DNA of 64,000 bases, taken from contig NC_068981.1 of NCBI RefSeq assembly GCF_001194135.2, forward strand, positions 141,562,736-141,626,735, read 5' to 3'. This document shows, in pieces, positions 38,859-51,514 of this stretch. The notes under the pieces were generated by a model. That model was not told where the DNA came from and made no database searches. It saw only the letters and a list, made by a program, of their open reading frames with translations. How positions within the stretch are numbered: the first letter of the stretch is position 1; each line of letters opens with the position of its first letter. The position numbers were made by a program, and so were the translations under genes. This DNA is from Octopus bimaculoides (lineage: Eukaryota).

Positions 38859-39940
38859 NNNNNNNNNNNNNNNNNNNNNNNNNNNNNNNNNNNNNNNNNN
38901 NNNNNNNNNNNNNNNNNNNNNNNNNNNNNNNNNNNNNNNNNNNNNNNNNNNNNNNNNNNNNNNNNNNNNNNNNNNNNNNNNNNNNNNNNNNNNNNNNNNN
39001 NNNNNNNNNNNNNNNNNNNNNNNNNNNNNNNNNNNNNNNNNNNNNNNNNNNNNNNNNNNNNNNNNNNNNNNNNNNNNNNNNNNNNNNNNNNNNNNNNNNN
39101 NNNNNNNNNNNNNNNNNNNNNNNNNNNNNNNNNNNNNNNNNNNNNNNNNNNNNNNNNNNNNNNNNNNNNNNNNNNNNNNNNNNNNNNNNNNNNNNNNNNN
39201 NNNNNNNNNNNNNNNNNNNNNNNNNNNNNNNNNNNNNNNNNNNNNNNNNNNNNNNNNNNNNNNNNNNNNNNNNNNNNNNNNNNNNNNNNNNNNNNNNNNN
39301 NNNNNNNNNNNNNNNNNNNNNNNNNNNNNNNNNNNNNNNNNNNNNNNNNNNNNNNNNNNNNNNNNNNNNNNNNNNNNNNNNNNNNNNNNNNNNNNNNNNN
39401 NNNNNNNNNNNNNNNNNNNNNNNNNNNNNNNNNNNNNNNNNNNNNNNNNNNNNNNNNNNNNNNNNNNNNNNNNNNNNNNNNNNNNNNNNNNNNNNNNNNN
39501 NNNNNNNNNNNNNNNNNNNNNNNNNNNNNNNNNNNNNNNNNNNNNNNNNNNNNNNNNNNNNNNNNNNNNNNNNNNNNNNNNNNNNNNNNNNNNNNNNNNN
39601 NNNNNNNNNNNNNNNNNNNNNNNNNNNNNNNNNNNNNNNNNNNNNNNNNNNNNNNNNNNNNNNNNNNNNNNNNNNNNNNNNNNNNNNNNNNNNNNNNNNN
39701 NNNNNNNNNNNNNNNNNNNNNNNNNNNNNNNNNNNNNNNNNNNNNGTGAGCCTTGAAGTGCATCTGACTCTAAAGTAATAGCGTGTAAATATCGGATTCA
39801 TTTGTTCATAAGATTGAAAACGAATCATTTTGGGGCGTAATAATTTATGTAGTCGTTGGTTATGACTGGTCAGGGTTTATTTTTAGCCTGTAGTACTGAG
39901 TTGTCTATAATGGTCAGAGAGAGAGAGAGAGAGAGAGAGT

Positions 39941-39987
<47 letters not shown>

Positions 39988-40099
39988 ATTCGGTGAGAAA
40001 AGTTGCTTGTGAGCACCAGCTTGTGCGCGTTGTTTATCATTTCAACTCTGATCGAGGATGTATATAATTCGAGCATGATCTCTGCGTTTTACAAAAACA

Positions 40100-40620
40100 A
40101 TTCATCCATGCCTACGACTTAACATGTGGCCATCTCATTTTTTGACGCTTCCTTATGACTTTGCGGACATTCGACTTTTATTTCTGACAACCACGATATT
40201 TTAGTAGAATCCCACTCTTTATTACAGTCATACTTGCGGTCTATGTGACCGTCGTTCAGAGTCCAAGCGTCAATTAGTATTTTAGACACGATCATTCAGT
40301 CTTTCATTATTTAGATATAGTCTGCCTATCGACAATTTCAATTTTCTTCTATTTTTATGGCTTTGATGTATGATAGGCAAAAAGTATCAGCTTGTATTTT
40401 TTAGTAATCGGATGACCAAGATTAGTTAGAAGTGTCGTCATGATTCTTCAACGCGTTTGTCTTGGGTGAGAGTGGTGATGCTAATTGTTATACTTCTACT
40501 TGTAGTAGTGAACGTGGTCGTATTTCCAATGATGTTCTTCTATAGCTGAAGCTTTGGGATAAGCAATTTCTGTACCTAGACCTGATGGCGACAATATCAA
40601 GATCGTCTGCGAAATATTAA
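40100..40620 (-). mobile_element. Degenerate LINE RT remnant (RTE-like)
   Basis: Minus strand FADDLDIV (RT motif C), with AWTL and MRWPHV traces downstream. Confidence 0.45.
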
Positions 40621-41212
40621 CAAGAATTAATTTCCCGATAGTATTGTCACTGATTTAAGTAACCTTCAAATAAACAACGTTATATCGACTACTTCCAATG
40701 ATAATCTATATCTAAACATTGTAATTATAATACCGATAAGCTCTCTGAATCTGTGAAATGATAGTGTCATCAGAACGGATATTTGCAATAATTACAGATG
40801 ACCTACTGACTCTTAACTGATACTGGGTACATTAATGATGTGAATAGAAAAAGCTGCATATATATATATNNNNNNNNNNACACACACACACACACAATTC
40901 ACACACGCATATATATATATTTGTGCATTTATGTTTGTGTGTGTATGTATGTATGTATATATGTACGTGTGTGTATATGTTTGTGTGGATGTGTTGGTGT
41001 TTATTATGATTTCGCTTAGACATTACTGCACTGATAACCAGTTACTAAAACTCAATATAAGCTACAGTTATCCAATAGCTCAGTATAGAGCGCAATATCT
41101 AATGAAATGCAAGAGATCAGAAGTTCTGTAATCACTTCATTTAGATTCGAGTTATTTGTACTTCAAATAAGCGTGCTGCCAGTGAGGTATAACGTATCTA
41201 TTACATTTATAT

Positions 41213-41445
41213 GTGTGGCATAATCGAGCTGGCACAATCGTTAGCGAAATGCTTACAATATTTCGTCTGCCGTTATTTCGTTCTGAGTTCAAATTCCGCC
41301 GAGGTTGACTTTGCTTTTCGGGGTCGATTAAATAAGTACCAGTTACGCACGGAGGTCGATGTAATCGACTTAATCCCTTTGTCTGTCTTTGTTTGTTCCC
41401 TCGATGTTTAGCCCCCTATGAGCAATAAATAAATAGATATTTGTG
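41213..41445 (+). mobile_element. SINE family B copy
   Basis: gagctggcacaatcgttagc..gttctgagttcaaattccgccgaggttgactttgc..aagtaccagttacgcac..gtcgatgtaatcgacttaatccc. Confidence 0.85.
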
Positions 41446-41712
41446 CGTGTATATACATCTACGTGTGTGTGTATCTACGTGTGTGTGTAACTACGTGTGT
41501 ATACATAGATATACATATATATATATGTCTATGTGTTAGTGTGCTTATATATAGATACTCCAGGAAACCTATATGATTTCCAGACAATGGACATGAGTTG
41601 ACATAAGTTAAAATAAGAACAGTAATGAACAAGTGAAGAACGAATATATAATGTGAGTGTTTATTTGGAAAACGAAATTACCATCCCGAAATACAATATC
41701 TGTTTGCATGTG

Positions 41713-41752
41713 TGTAGCTGAAGGCGTGGCTGTCTGCTAAGAAGCTTGCTTC
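41713..41752 (+). mobile_element. SINE family A head fragment abutting a LINE 5' end
   Basis: ggcgtggctgtctgctaagaagcttgcttcc, as in 11890-12045. Confidence 0.55.
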
Positions 41753-41754
41753 CT

Positions 41755-44081
41755 GTCGTACGACGTGGTCGTATTTTCATTTTTTTTTTCTGCTGGTAAG
41801 CGTTTTGCTATTGTTGGATTCTGTCTTTTTTTTATTGTTGCCGTTGTTATATTTCTTCAACTGCATTTATTTTTACTATTCCCCAGTACACCGGGAAATA
41901 GGAACTGTCAAATTTAATTCTGTGGCCATTGTGGCATTGCTTCTTTTGGAATTTTGTGTGAAAATTCGAACTGTATTAAGTCATTTTAGACTTTGGATTT
42001 GTGCCCCGCTCCTAGCGGGGGCGGGATTGGAACTAGTGTCCTCTGTTAGAGGAACATTTATTATAGCAATATTTTCTGTTGAACATTTTCTGTAAATTTG
42101 AAAAGCCGTCATAGGCTTTATTTTTGTATTGAATTAATTTCGACCGAATATGTCGATCGAAATTATTAAAGAAAAATGCGCTCTCGAAGAGAGTGTTGTT
42201 AATGTTGGCAGAGGTGCCACCATTGTAAAAAACATTTCGACAGTTGCCGCTGTGGCAACTGAAACCATTGAAATTCCAGTCGAAAAACTGAGGAAATACT
42301 TCGAAAAATGGAGGAGGACGGTGATATTAAGATATCCCCCACCTCCAATGCTATAGAGACACTAAGAAAGACTGTTATTTTTAATTCCTACTGTCCCGAG
42401 AATAAGCGGTTCAAACATTTCGAAAAGAACAAAATAGAAAAATGCCTGTCCCCTATGTGCAAGGACATTGCATATATCGTAAGAGGAAAGGCTTATGCAA
42501 AAATCGAAGTCAGGTTCGCAACCGAGGAGAAGGCCCAAGGGTACTCTGTGAGCCCCCTGAAATCAAAGGAGGTGGTACTTCTACAGCTTAGATGGGGAGG
42601 TGCACTTCCCGTGTAAAGGTGACAGACGTGCCACAAGATATCGACCCACGTGAAGTGATGGCTGCCCTGTTATTTAAAAGGACGGAATAAATAAAATCTT
42701 TGCAGATAATATGCTCTGCTTGGCTGGAACAAAGCATTTCAGCCATAATTCAGCGGGCACCGGAAGATATAGAAATGCTACCAAAGAGGGTGCTGGTGGG
42801 TGAGAATGTGGCCCTTCGAATACAGGTGGAAGGAAAAAACCCACCTGTTATTAGTGCGGAAAGAAAAGCCACATTTGCTTTGAGTGCAAAGAAAGAAAAT
42901 AGAGGGAAAAAGTAAAAGAGACAAACTTGTACGGACACCAGGCCCTACATCTGAGAAAAAGAAAGACGACTGCAAGCCCCCACACACACCAGCCCCCACA
43001 AAAACAAACACTCCCACCCACTCTGTTGCGGTGCCGGTCCCCAGACAAAAGAACGAAAAGATCTAACCCCTGCACACACAAGCCCCTACAAAAACAAAAT
43101 TGCCAACCCCCTTGAAACCTGAGGCACCTGTTGTAGAATAAAACAAAACTCACCCAGACAACACCATGGAGGTGGCTGAGGGAAGTTCACGAAAGTTCGG
43201 AAACGAACACATGCAGCTTCCCCACCCACATCCCCCAGAGGAAAACGCGGTACTTCACCACAAATAACAAAAAAAATACCCCACCCCATCGCCCCAGGAA
43301 AAGAAACAGACATTAAAATGTTGGTATTATACAATACTAAAGAGATTTACACGGACGAAGTAATCAAAAACCATCATACGACCAAAATGTTCCCTCGACA
43401 TAGGGGTATGGACGAGAGCTGTTCATGGATAGGGGAAACCCTATACAAGCAGCTGAAGGAGAAGTATCCGAAGAAGATCAGGAGGATTATAGCCCTGCTC
43501 TGGGGTGCCTCGTGTGTGGTGCCAACGTCACCAGTTAAGGGTGAGTAGAACCCTTGTTTTTTTCTCATTGTTTTCTTATGGTTGCACTTAACCTTGGATG
43601 TTTGAATGTGTGTGGTCTGAGCTGGAAGTGAAATCAAGCCTGTTTCCTAAACGACGTCAGATCACACGATAAGCATGTGATGGTTCCGACAGAGACCAAG
43701 CTGGATAGTCTACAGACTTTCTGCCCCGTCTAAATGGCTATGAGAAAATCATGTCTCCTGGCCGGATCGGAGGTCGAGGGGGGGGGGGGGGTAGTTGTAC
43801 TGATCCCAAAAGGCTTAGCTCTGCAGATAAGTACAGTCTATGTAGACCCAGAAGGTGGGATGGTCGTCCTTGATGTGACATACATCAGCAAGGCCTTCAG
43901 GTTGATCGGTATCTATGTACATTGTGCTAGAGGATTACAAACGGATTTTTATCGGCGCCTAGAGAACTTTCTCATGACATTAAAGACACTAGTGGTGTTA
44001 GGAGACTTAAACGCTATCGTTGACGCATGCATCAATAGCGTTGGCTCGACTGGTAGCAAAGCAAACTCACGCCTCGGAGAT
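41755..44081 (+). mobile_element. Tx1/L1-clade LINE: 5'UTR, ORF1 (RRM-like + CCHC knuckle) and N-terminal APE endonuclease; 3' part lost
   Basis: ORF1 from 42150, frameshifted. Zinc knuckle CY*CGKKSHICFEC at 42846-42887. ORF2 from 43578: LGCLNVCGL..TETKLD..DPEGGMVVLDV..FRLIGIYV..FYRRLENFL..LVVLGDLNAIVD. Confidence 0.85.
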
Positions 44082-44748
44082 CTGCAGTTGTTTGTCAACA
44101 ACAACTTCCGGCGGTGTATATTTCGTTTGTCACTGTTATTTATGACATATTTCATCTCAGTTACGTTTGTATGAATAAACGAGTGTATCTGAAGCATGTT
44201 TACTTCATGGCACTTCCACAATCGTTCGTGCATTTCTACTACTTTTAGTTTTGTTCTCCTGTTTTTCAGCTACTATTTTCGGAAAGACATTATTGCCCCC
44301 TCTCCCTCAAATTTCTTAATTTTTCTAAGTTTTCCGTAAGTCTATCCCTAAGATCCCAACCCTAACCCTAACCCTAACCGTAACCATAAAACCTTAACCC
44401 TAACCGTAACCCTAAAACCCCAACCCTAACCCTAACCCTAACACACTAAAGTTAAAACCAGTACAAACGCATGAACGATGTCAGTGACAAACGAAATATA
44501 CACCGCCGATAGTTGTTGTTGACAAACAACGGCAGTAATTTTATTCGGCTGAATACACGTCATTGATTGGTTGAAATTACCGAAACACGACAACTTTAGC
44601 ACGAAATAACTTTGAAAATATAATTTTTTCTCAACAGCACTGAGAATAAAAGATGTTTTATATGACACATTCTACCGGCTCCGAAGTTTGAAAGTGTTTA
44701 GTTACAAAAAATTTATTTCTCGGTGTGCCGTTCAGAGGGAAAAGATCC
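44082..44748. mobile_element. Long-TIR MITE with internal (CCCTAA)n, copy 1 (left terminus lost)
   Basis: 54-bp inner inverted repeat 44082-44135 / 44482-44535 (51/54). Telomere-type repeats at 44355-44442. The right TIR is homologous to 47336-47530 and ends AAAAGATCC. Confidence 0.85.
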
Positions 44749-46330
44749 GAATTTTATGTCTTATTTCATGAAACATACTAGCGGCTCCTTCTGCACCTGG
44801 TATGCTTTTGATTCCTATAACACACTTTGTATGTAATATGTTTTTGTTTTTATTAAGCACTTTCTCTAATACCTTAGTTAGACTCTGTTCCTGATGTAAT
44901 ACACGAGCAACCGAATATCAGCTTTAAACTCGTGTTTGCTACATTTTGTAGGTTTCTTTTAGAAGCTACGGTCGAAAAGGACAGTTTCCGAAACAACTAA
45001 AAATAATCATTGGTCCTCGTGACTTCTGTAATTCTTACAAATAATTAAATTGTACTTATATGCATTTCATAATGTTTTGGATTATATGCCAAAGCTTCCA
45101 CAAATAATTAACGTTGTAAACGAAGTGAAGCGATTCCGAGTGTGTATTTAAATCATATCACTGTCTTGGAATGGAGCACGTTCTCATTTTCCATCGACAG
45201 TGAACGGCTTAATACACATTCAAATATATGGTCCTTGTGACTACTTAAAATAAATGAATAACATCTAAATTATTTCACTACTTAAGAAGGAATAAAACAA
45301 TGAATAAATGAATTGCTATTGAAATATAAATGAATTGATACCTGAAATGAGATTTTGACAAAATGTAACTATACTAGGTTTCAATTAACACGATTTTAAA
45401 TCTAGAATTTAAACCTAGGCTATTAGTCTTTAAAATTACGATTAGTTTAGACAAACTAAATAAACAGCTTCATCAACATCTAACAACATATTTTAAATAC
45501 CCTTATAAATTATCAGTATCATTAATGAGACGAGCATACTCAGTGAAAAAATAAATGGAATTTATTGGAACATCATCAAAAAAATTCGCTTCTTACATTA
45601 AAGACATGGTTACTGTCATGTTGGAAATAAATGATGAAGTAACACTACATTGGTTAGCTTGTTCGTAGAACCAGAAAATTTGAAATGAAGTTTGCAAAAT
45701 CATGTTAAAATCAACGGTAAAATTGTATTACGTTGATTACCGGATAGGAGATGGTCAAACTGCAATTCATGTCGATTAAACCGAGATATTCAAAAAGATA
45801 ATGTCGGCTGTTTATCTTTGATAAGAGAGATCCGTTGATTAAATATTCAGGAAACTATCTTCCGGCTTTGTTTCGTCAATTATAAATTTCTCAAGTGAAC
45901 CATAATAGAAAACGAAGAGTGTTTAGGATGAATCAAATTAACCGAGCAATGCACAGCCAGATAATATTTTATGTTATTAATTAATATATATGAAAAAGGA
46001 TTGTAAATTTGCAGAAACGGTAATCATGCTAGTAAAAGTTTTATACCATAAAGTTACGTCACGTTGTGTTTTGAAGTTCGAATTCCACGCAATTCAATCT
46101 TGATTTTTTTTTTTTTTTCCTCTTTTGTCGACAAATTAATCATTGGAGTCTTTAGATTTTTTTCAATACATTCACCTATAGACTACTTTAAATGAATATA
46201 AAATTGAATTCAGTACTTGGCTAATATTTTTTATTCATCCTTAAATAATTGGTTTAAGATATGCTATGAGTTTTGAAGACTTCTAATAAATAAAATTGTT
46301 TAAACACTCTATATGAGGTGGTCGAAATTT

Positions 46331-46538
46331 CAAATTATGGCACAAAGCCAGTAACTTTGCGGTCGGAGGTAAGTCGATTACATCAACCCCAGTGTTCAAC
46401 TGGTACATATTTTATTGACCCTGAAATGATGAAAGACAAAGTTGACCTCGACGGAATTTAAACATAAACCGTAAATCGGATGAAATGTCACTAAGCATTT
46501 TCCGTGTGTGCTAACGCTTCTACCAGCTCGCCGCCTTA
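46331..46538 (-). mobile_element. SINE family B monomer (older)
   Basis: Reverse complement of the family consensus; ends cagctcgccgcctta. Confidence 0.85.
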
Positions 46539-46554
46539 AGATGGTTGAAATATT

Positions 46555-46984
46555 CTTGTCCACTCTAGGCACAAGGCCCGAAATTTTGGGGGAGTGGGCC
46601 GGTCAATTAGATCGACCTCAGTACGCACCTTGTACTTAATTTACCGACCCCGAAAGGATTGAAGACAAAGTCGACCTCGGCAGAATTAGAACTCAGACCG
46701 TAAAGACAGACGAAATACCAGTAAGCGTTTCGCCCAGCGTGCTATCGTTTCTGATTTCTTTATTGCCCACCAGGGGCTAAACATAGAGAAGAAAACAAGG
46801 ACAAACGAAGGAATTAAGTCAATTACATCGACCCCACTGCGTAACTGGTACTTAATTTATCGACCCCGAAAGGATGAATGGCAAAGTCGACCTGGGCGGA
46901 ATTTGAACTCAGAACGTAACGGCAGACGAAATACCGCTAAGCATTTCGCCCGGCGTGCTAACGTTTCTGCCAGCTCGCCACCTT
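46555..46984 (-). mobile_element. SINE family B dimeric copy (younger) with 16-bp TSD
   Basis: Flanked by identical agatggttgaaatatt at 46539-46554 and 46985-47000. Confidence 0.9.
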
Positions 46985-47164
46985 AGATGGTTGAAATATT
47001 AGTCGGTAGGCTGCAAAGTCAAAAGTACCTTTAGTGTCCATTTGAACACTAAAAGCAAAAGAACCGTAAATGAACAGTGCGGTTATTTTTATGCTTAAAC
47101 CTTGTACCAGTAGATTTAGAATTAGATATTGATTTCAAATTTTGAAAAAAAAACAAACAAAAAA

Positions 47165-47245
47165 AACAATACCCAGTCCAGGAATCAACGCCACAATCTT
47201 ACAATCATGACTTCAACACCCTAACCACTAATCCACGCACTTCCA
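47165..47245 (-). mobile_element. tRNA-derived SINE head (family C)
   Basis: Minus strand gtggattagtggttagggtg..gattcctggactggg. Confidence 0.6.
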
Positions 47246-47335
47246 CTTTGCAGAGCTAAATTTTGGTCCCAAATTTTAGGGAGTCCCAAATTTTGGGACT
47301 CATCGATTATATCGATCCCAGCGGACGAAAGCATT

Positions 47336-48136
47336 GGATCTTTTTTAAAACGGGGGCCACATTTTTCATTAACGAAACGCTTTGAAACTTGGAACACTGG
47401 TAGAATGTGTCATATAAAACATCTTTTTCTCTTAGTCTTCTTAAAAAAAAAGAAATCCATAAGTTATTCCATGTTAAAGTTGTCGTATTTCTGTAATTTC
47501 AACCAATCACTGACGTCCATTCAGCCGATATACATTAAGTGCCGACTACATAAACAAACGATTCTGAAACAATTAACCCTAACCCTAGGGTTAGGGTTAG
47601 GGTTAGGGTTAGGTTTAGGGTTAGGGTTAAAGCAAATTTAAAATGAAAAAAGCAAATAAAACGAAGGTATGGAGATTAAATACGCTTTACATCGCTTAAT
47701 CAGCCAAAGGAGTANNNNNNNNNNACTGACGTCCATTCAGCCGATATACATTAAGTGCCGACTACATAAACAAACGATTCTGAAACAATTAACCCTAACC
47801 CTAGGGTTAGGGTTAGGGTTAGGGTTAGGTTTAGGGTTAGGGTTAAAGCAAATTTAAAATGAAAAAAGCAAATAAAACGAAGGTATGGAGATTAAATACG
47901 CTTTACATCGCTTAATCAGCCAAAGGAGTAAATGTAAACAACTGAATACTTGTCAGTGATTGGTTGAAACTATCGAAATAAGACAATTTTTTACATGAAA
48001 TAAATTCGAATACAAAAATATTTTTCTGTTCTATAACACAACATAGATAAGTATACGAAGTTTGAAAGTCGTTCCGTACCAAAAACACTACGTAAAACAT
48101 TAATGAAAAATCTGGCACCCGTTTTAAAAAAGATCC
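47336..48136. mobile_element. Long-TIR MITE with internal telomeric repeats, copy 2; GG termini and 8-bp TSD (Merlin-like signature)
   Basis: Termini GGATCTTTTTTAAAACGGGGGCCAC and TGGCACCCGTTTTAAAAAAGATCC; about 200-nt imperfect TIRs. TSD AAAGCATT at 47328-47335 and 48137-48144. Interrupts a family B SINE. 206 bp are duplicated across a 10-N gap. Confidence 0.9.
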
Positions 48137-49677
48137 AAAGCATTTTGCCCGAAAGCTAACGATTCCGTCAGCTTGCCATCTCATCGCATCGCAGGAATAC
48201 TGTAAGTGGACTACAACAATGTGAAATAAATTGTTTTGCTCAAGGAAACAATGCATTGCCCAGTTCAACAATCGAAACAACAATTTTACGATTGTGAGTC
48301 CAAAATCCGAATCACTAAGCCCCGCGCCCTCGCATTACAGTATCAAATATTGCATTATAGATATTTTAGCTCTCAGTAATGAAACGAACAATGTATTATT
48401 CTGTTCAGAAAACCTAGAAATACGATAAGTGATAATAGTATTTTTGTCCAGAGTTGGATATGAACGTATCAACCTTATCTCTATGAAGAAGTATTTGTCA
48501 TTATATATTTTACTTATAGTCACACCTGGCTGTGTGCGTATTTCTAACTGAAAGCTCAACACTTCCTTGCATGTTATCGGTATAGCAATACCAATTTTAG
48601 CCTTTACAATTAACATTTACCATTACCATTTTCGTATTAACTGATTTTTCCATTCACGTGTCTTATTATATTTTGATGTAAGTAATATATACACAAATAC
48701 ACACATACTTACACATATTTGTGTATGTAAGTATTTATTTATCTATGTTTATATGTATATGTATAATGTATGTGTGCATTTTAATACAATTTTGCTGTTT
48801 GTTAACTATACTTATCAATGTGTTATGCTATAAATATAGAGCATCTAGCGCTGCGTATTCAAAGAAACATTCTGGAAAGGTAATTGAATTTCAAGTTTCA
48901 GGGTCCAGACACATTAATGATACAGCAATCCTGAATATCTTTAGAAACGTTTATATTTACAAAACTTTGTTCCGGCTTCTAGTTTTGATGTGAAACACGT
49001 ATATATCTAAATAATATTGTTACGCTTGTCACTTTTGACAACGTTATACATTGATATGGATCTACTATCACTTCTATCGCCATAACAATATCTCAATGAT
49101 ATTTCTGTCTTCATCATCAGTGAGATGTTGCGTAAACGGAAATAGAGTTTTCATAACGATGTCAAATCATATTGATATCTACATAACGGTATCTTAGTCT
49201 TTATTACCATTTCACCACCAGTCACCACCAGTCATATTTCTATTAATACGATTTGATTTTTCAGTGAGCGAAATGTTATTGAAGTCATGATAAAGTTCCA
49301 CTTGTTTTAATCAGAAGGAACTGAATTCTTATACTTTATTACTGATTGATTATTTCTGCTGATTTAAGCATAATCCAAAAGATATTAGAAGTATAAAAGT
49401 TACATTTCGTCAAGTACCGAAGACTTTCGAAAACGAATTGAATCTATAAACCTAGCGTAGTAAACTGGTTAAAAGTACTTCCATTGACTGAAATTTTTGA
49501 TGGTCTGTATTTATTCTTTCCCTTCTCTAGAAAGATAGAAGTAATTGGCTTCTATTAATACCAAACATATATTAAGTAAATGTGTCATGATAGCTACTAT
49601 TGCACGTATTAAACGTATAAATGCATCAAGTAGGAGAGCTTCATACTGATGCATTGTCAATATTATTGATAGTTTTC

Positions 49678-50335
49678 AAGGCGGTGAGGTGAAAGAATCG
49701 TTAGTACGTTGGGCAAAATACTTAATAACATTTCGACAGTCTTCACATTCTAATTTATAAATTCCGCCAATGTCTCGACGTTGCGTTTCATCCTTTCGCG
49801 ATCGATAAAATAAGTACCAGTTAAACAGTGGAGTCGATGTAATTGATTTATTCCGAAATTACTGACATTGTGCCAAAATTTGAAAGCAATGTTATTGACA
49901 GGTTTGAAGACGGCGAGATGGCAGAATCGTTAGTATGTCGGGCAAAATGGTTAGTGGTATTTCGACCATCTTCACGTTCTAAGTTCAAATTCCGCCAAGG
50001 TCGACTTCGTCTTTCATCCTTTCGTGATCGATAAATAAGTATCAGTCGATATCTGGGATCGATGTAATCGACTTACTCTCCCTCAAAATTGCTGACCTTT
50101 TGCCACAATTTGAAACCAACATTATGGACATGTTTAACGCGGAGAGGCGCCAAATTGTTTGAAAACCAGGAAAAATGCTTAGCAACATTTCGTCCGTTTT
50201 TTTACGGTCGGCTTTGCTTTCCATTCTTTCAGTATCGATAAAACAAGTACCAGTTGAACACTAGAGTCGATATAATCAACTTAGCACCTCAGCCACCAGA
50301 ACATTGTTGGCCTTGTGCCCAAAACTGAAACCCAT
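49678..50335 (+). mobile_element. Three head-to-tail SINE family B monomers
   Basis: Starts at 49678, 49907 and 50136, each preceded by a related 14-nt linker. Confidence 0.85.
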
Positions 50336-51472
50336 GTTGTGAACTGGCTAGACATTTCACTTTATCTAAGATTGATATTGATGAAGAAAGGTAACAGAAA
50401 CCTTCCAATCGAGTGAATGCGATTAGCAATATGTATAGCGAAGTACTATATATACGAAAGGGTTGCTTGTGATTTCGAATACCACTGGAATCAATTCCAC
50501 TTGGTTCTGTGCTTGATTAGTGTCCAAGAGACCATATGAATGCTTCCAAAATTTTTCTATGGTATTTAAGAGTTTTACTAGCTACAATATTAAGTACTTT
50601 ACACATGCATCGACTCCCAAGAGAGAGGATAAATAAAACATCTCTTTCTAACGATCAAAAAGCGAAACGGACTTTATTATAACATAGCTTATGAGTTCAA
50701 ATTCTGTGGCATGTGTTTCCTGTGATTGTTGTTACTACTCTTACAGCTGCTATTAAGCCACGTCCTGGTAGATGAAGCAGATGATGATCCAAAGCTTTTA
50801 TACAATGGCAATCCTGCAATATCAGATATGATATATCTAAGACTACAAAATTCAATGGGAGCTTTTTTATTGTTGTGAACGTTGCCATATTAGAAAGAAT
50901 AAGTTGCTGACTCGACTCAATAAGTCTCAACGAGGTTCTGTTATTGGCTCTCATGTGTCTCATCTTATTTATTATCAAAACATTATTGCACATTGACTTA
51001 CTTTAGCTAATTACCGTAGTTTTTGTTATACACAAAAACAAAATTATAATTCAAAAGAAAAAATTGATCTTTAACGTAGATTTATGCCCACCACTGAAGG
51101 TCAAGCAATTAACTTTCTTTATCATACAGGAGACCAGAATAAATTACCCCTTACTTTCCGCACTTGTTTCCACTAGAATTACTATAAATAAATATAATAT
51201 TCGTACTTATATGTAACTATTTTCGGAATTATCAATGGATTGATATGCGGATATACTTGTATGTAATTTGGCAATTAGATTTATGTACGAGCCTGGTGTG
51301 GATAATTTACGAGAATTTAAGTAAATTCGGAACACTCATTCATTTCAAAAATATGGATTTCTACTTAAGCTGACATTTCTAAAATGGCAACAAGTACCTT
51401 CTCTTCAAATCAGTTCATCGGGAAAAGGTGAGAAATTGACTAAAGGAACGCGCAACTCATAAATATATGCAT

Positions 51473-51514
<42 letters not shown>

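Noticed and set aside
47575-47630. Inverted telomeric junction as a chromosome-fusion scar
   Set aside because: The orientation is (CCCTAA)-(TTAGGG), opposite to an end-to-end fusion, and it lies inside a TSD-flanked MITE.
47509-47930. Exact 206-bp tandem duplication including TTAGGG runs
   Set aside because: Identical copies on either side of a 10-N gap; assembly artefact.
49085-49130. Minus-strand CUGAUGA..GAAA with AUCUCA/UGAGAU flanks
   Set aside because: Stem II is only 2 bp, the triplet is out of register, and it lies in decayed ATC-rich low-complexity sequence.
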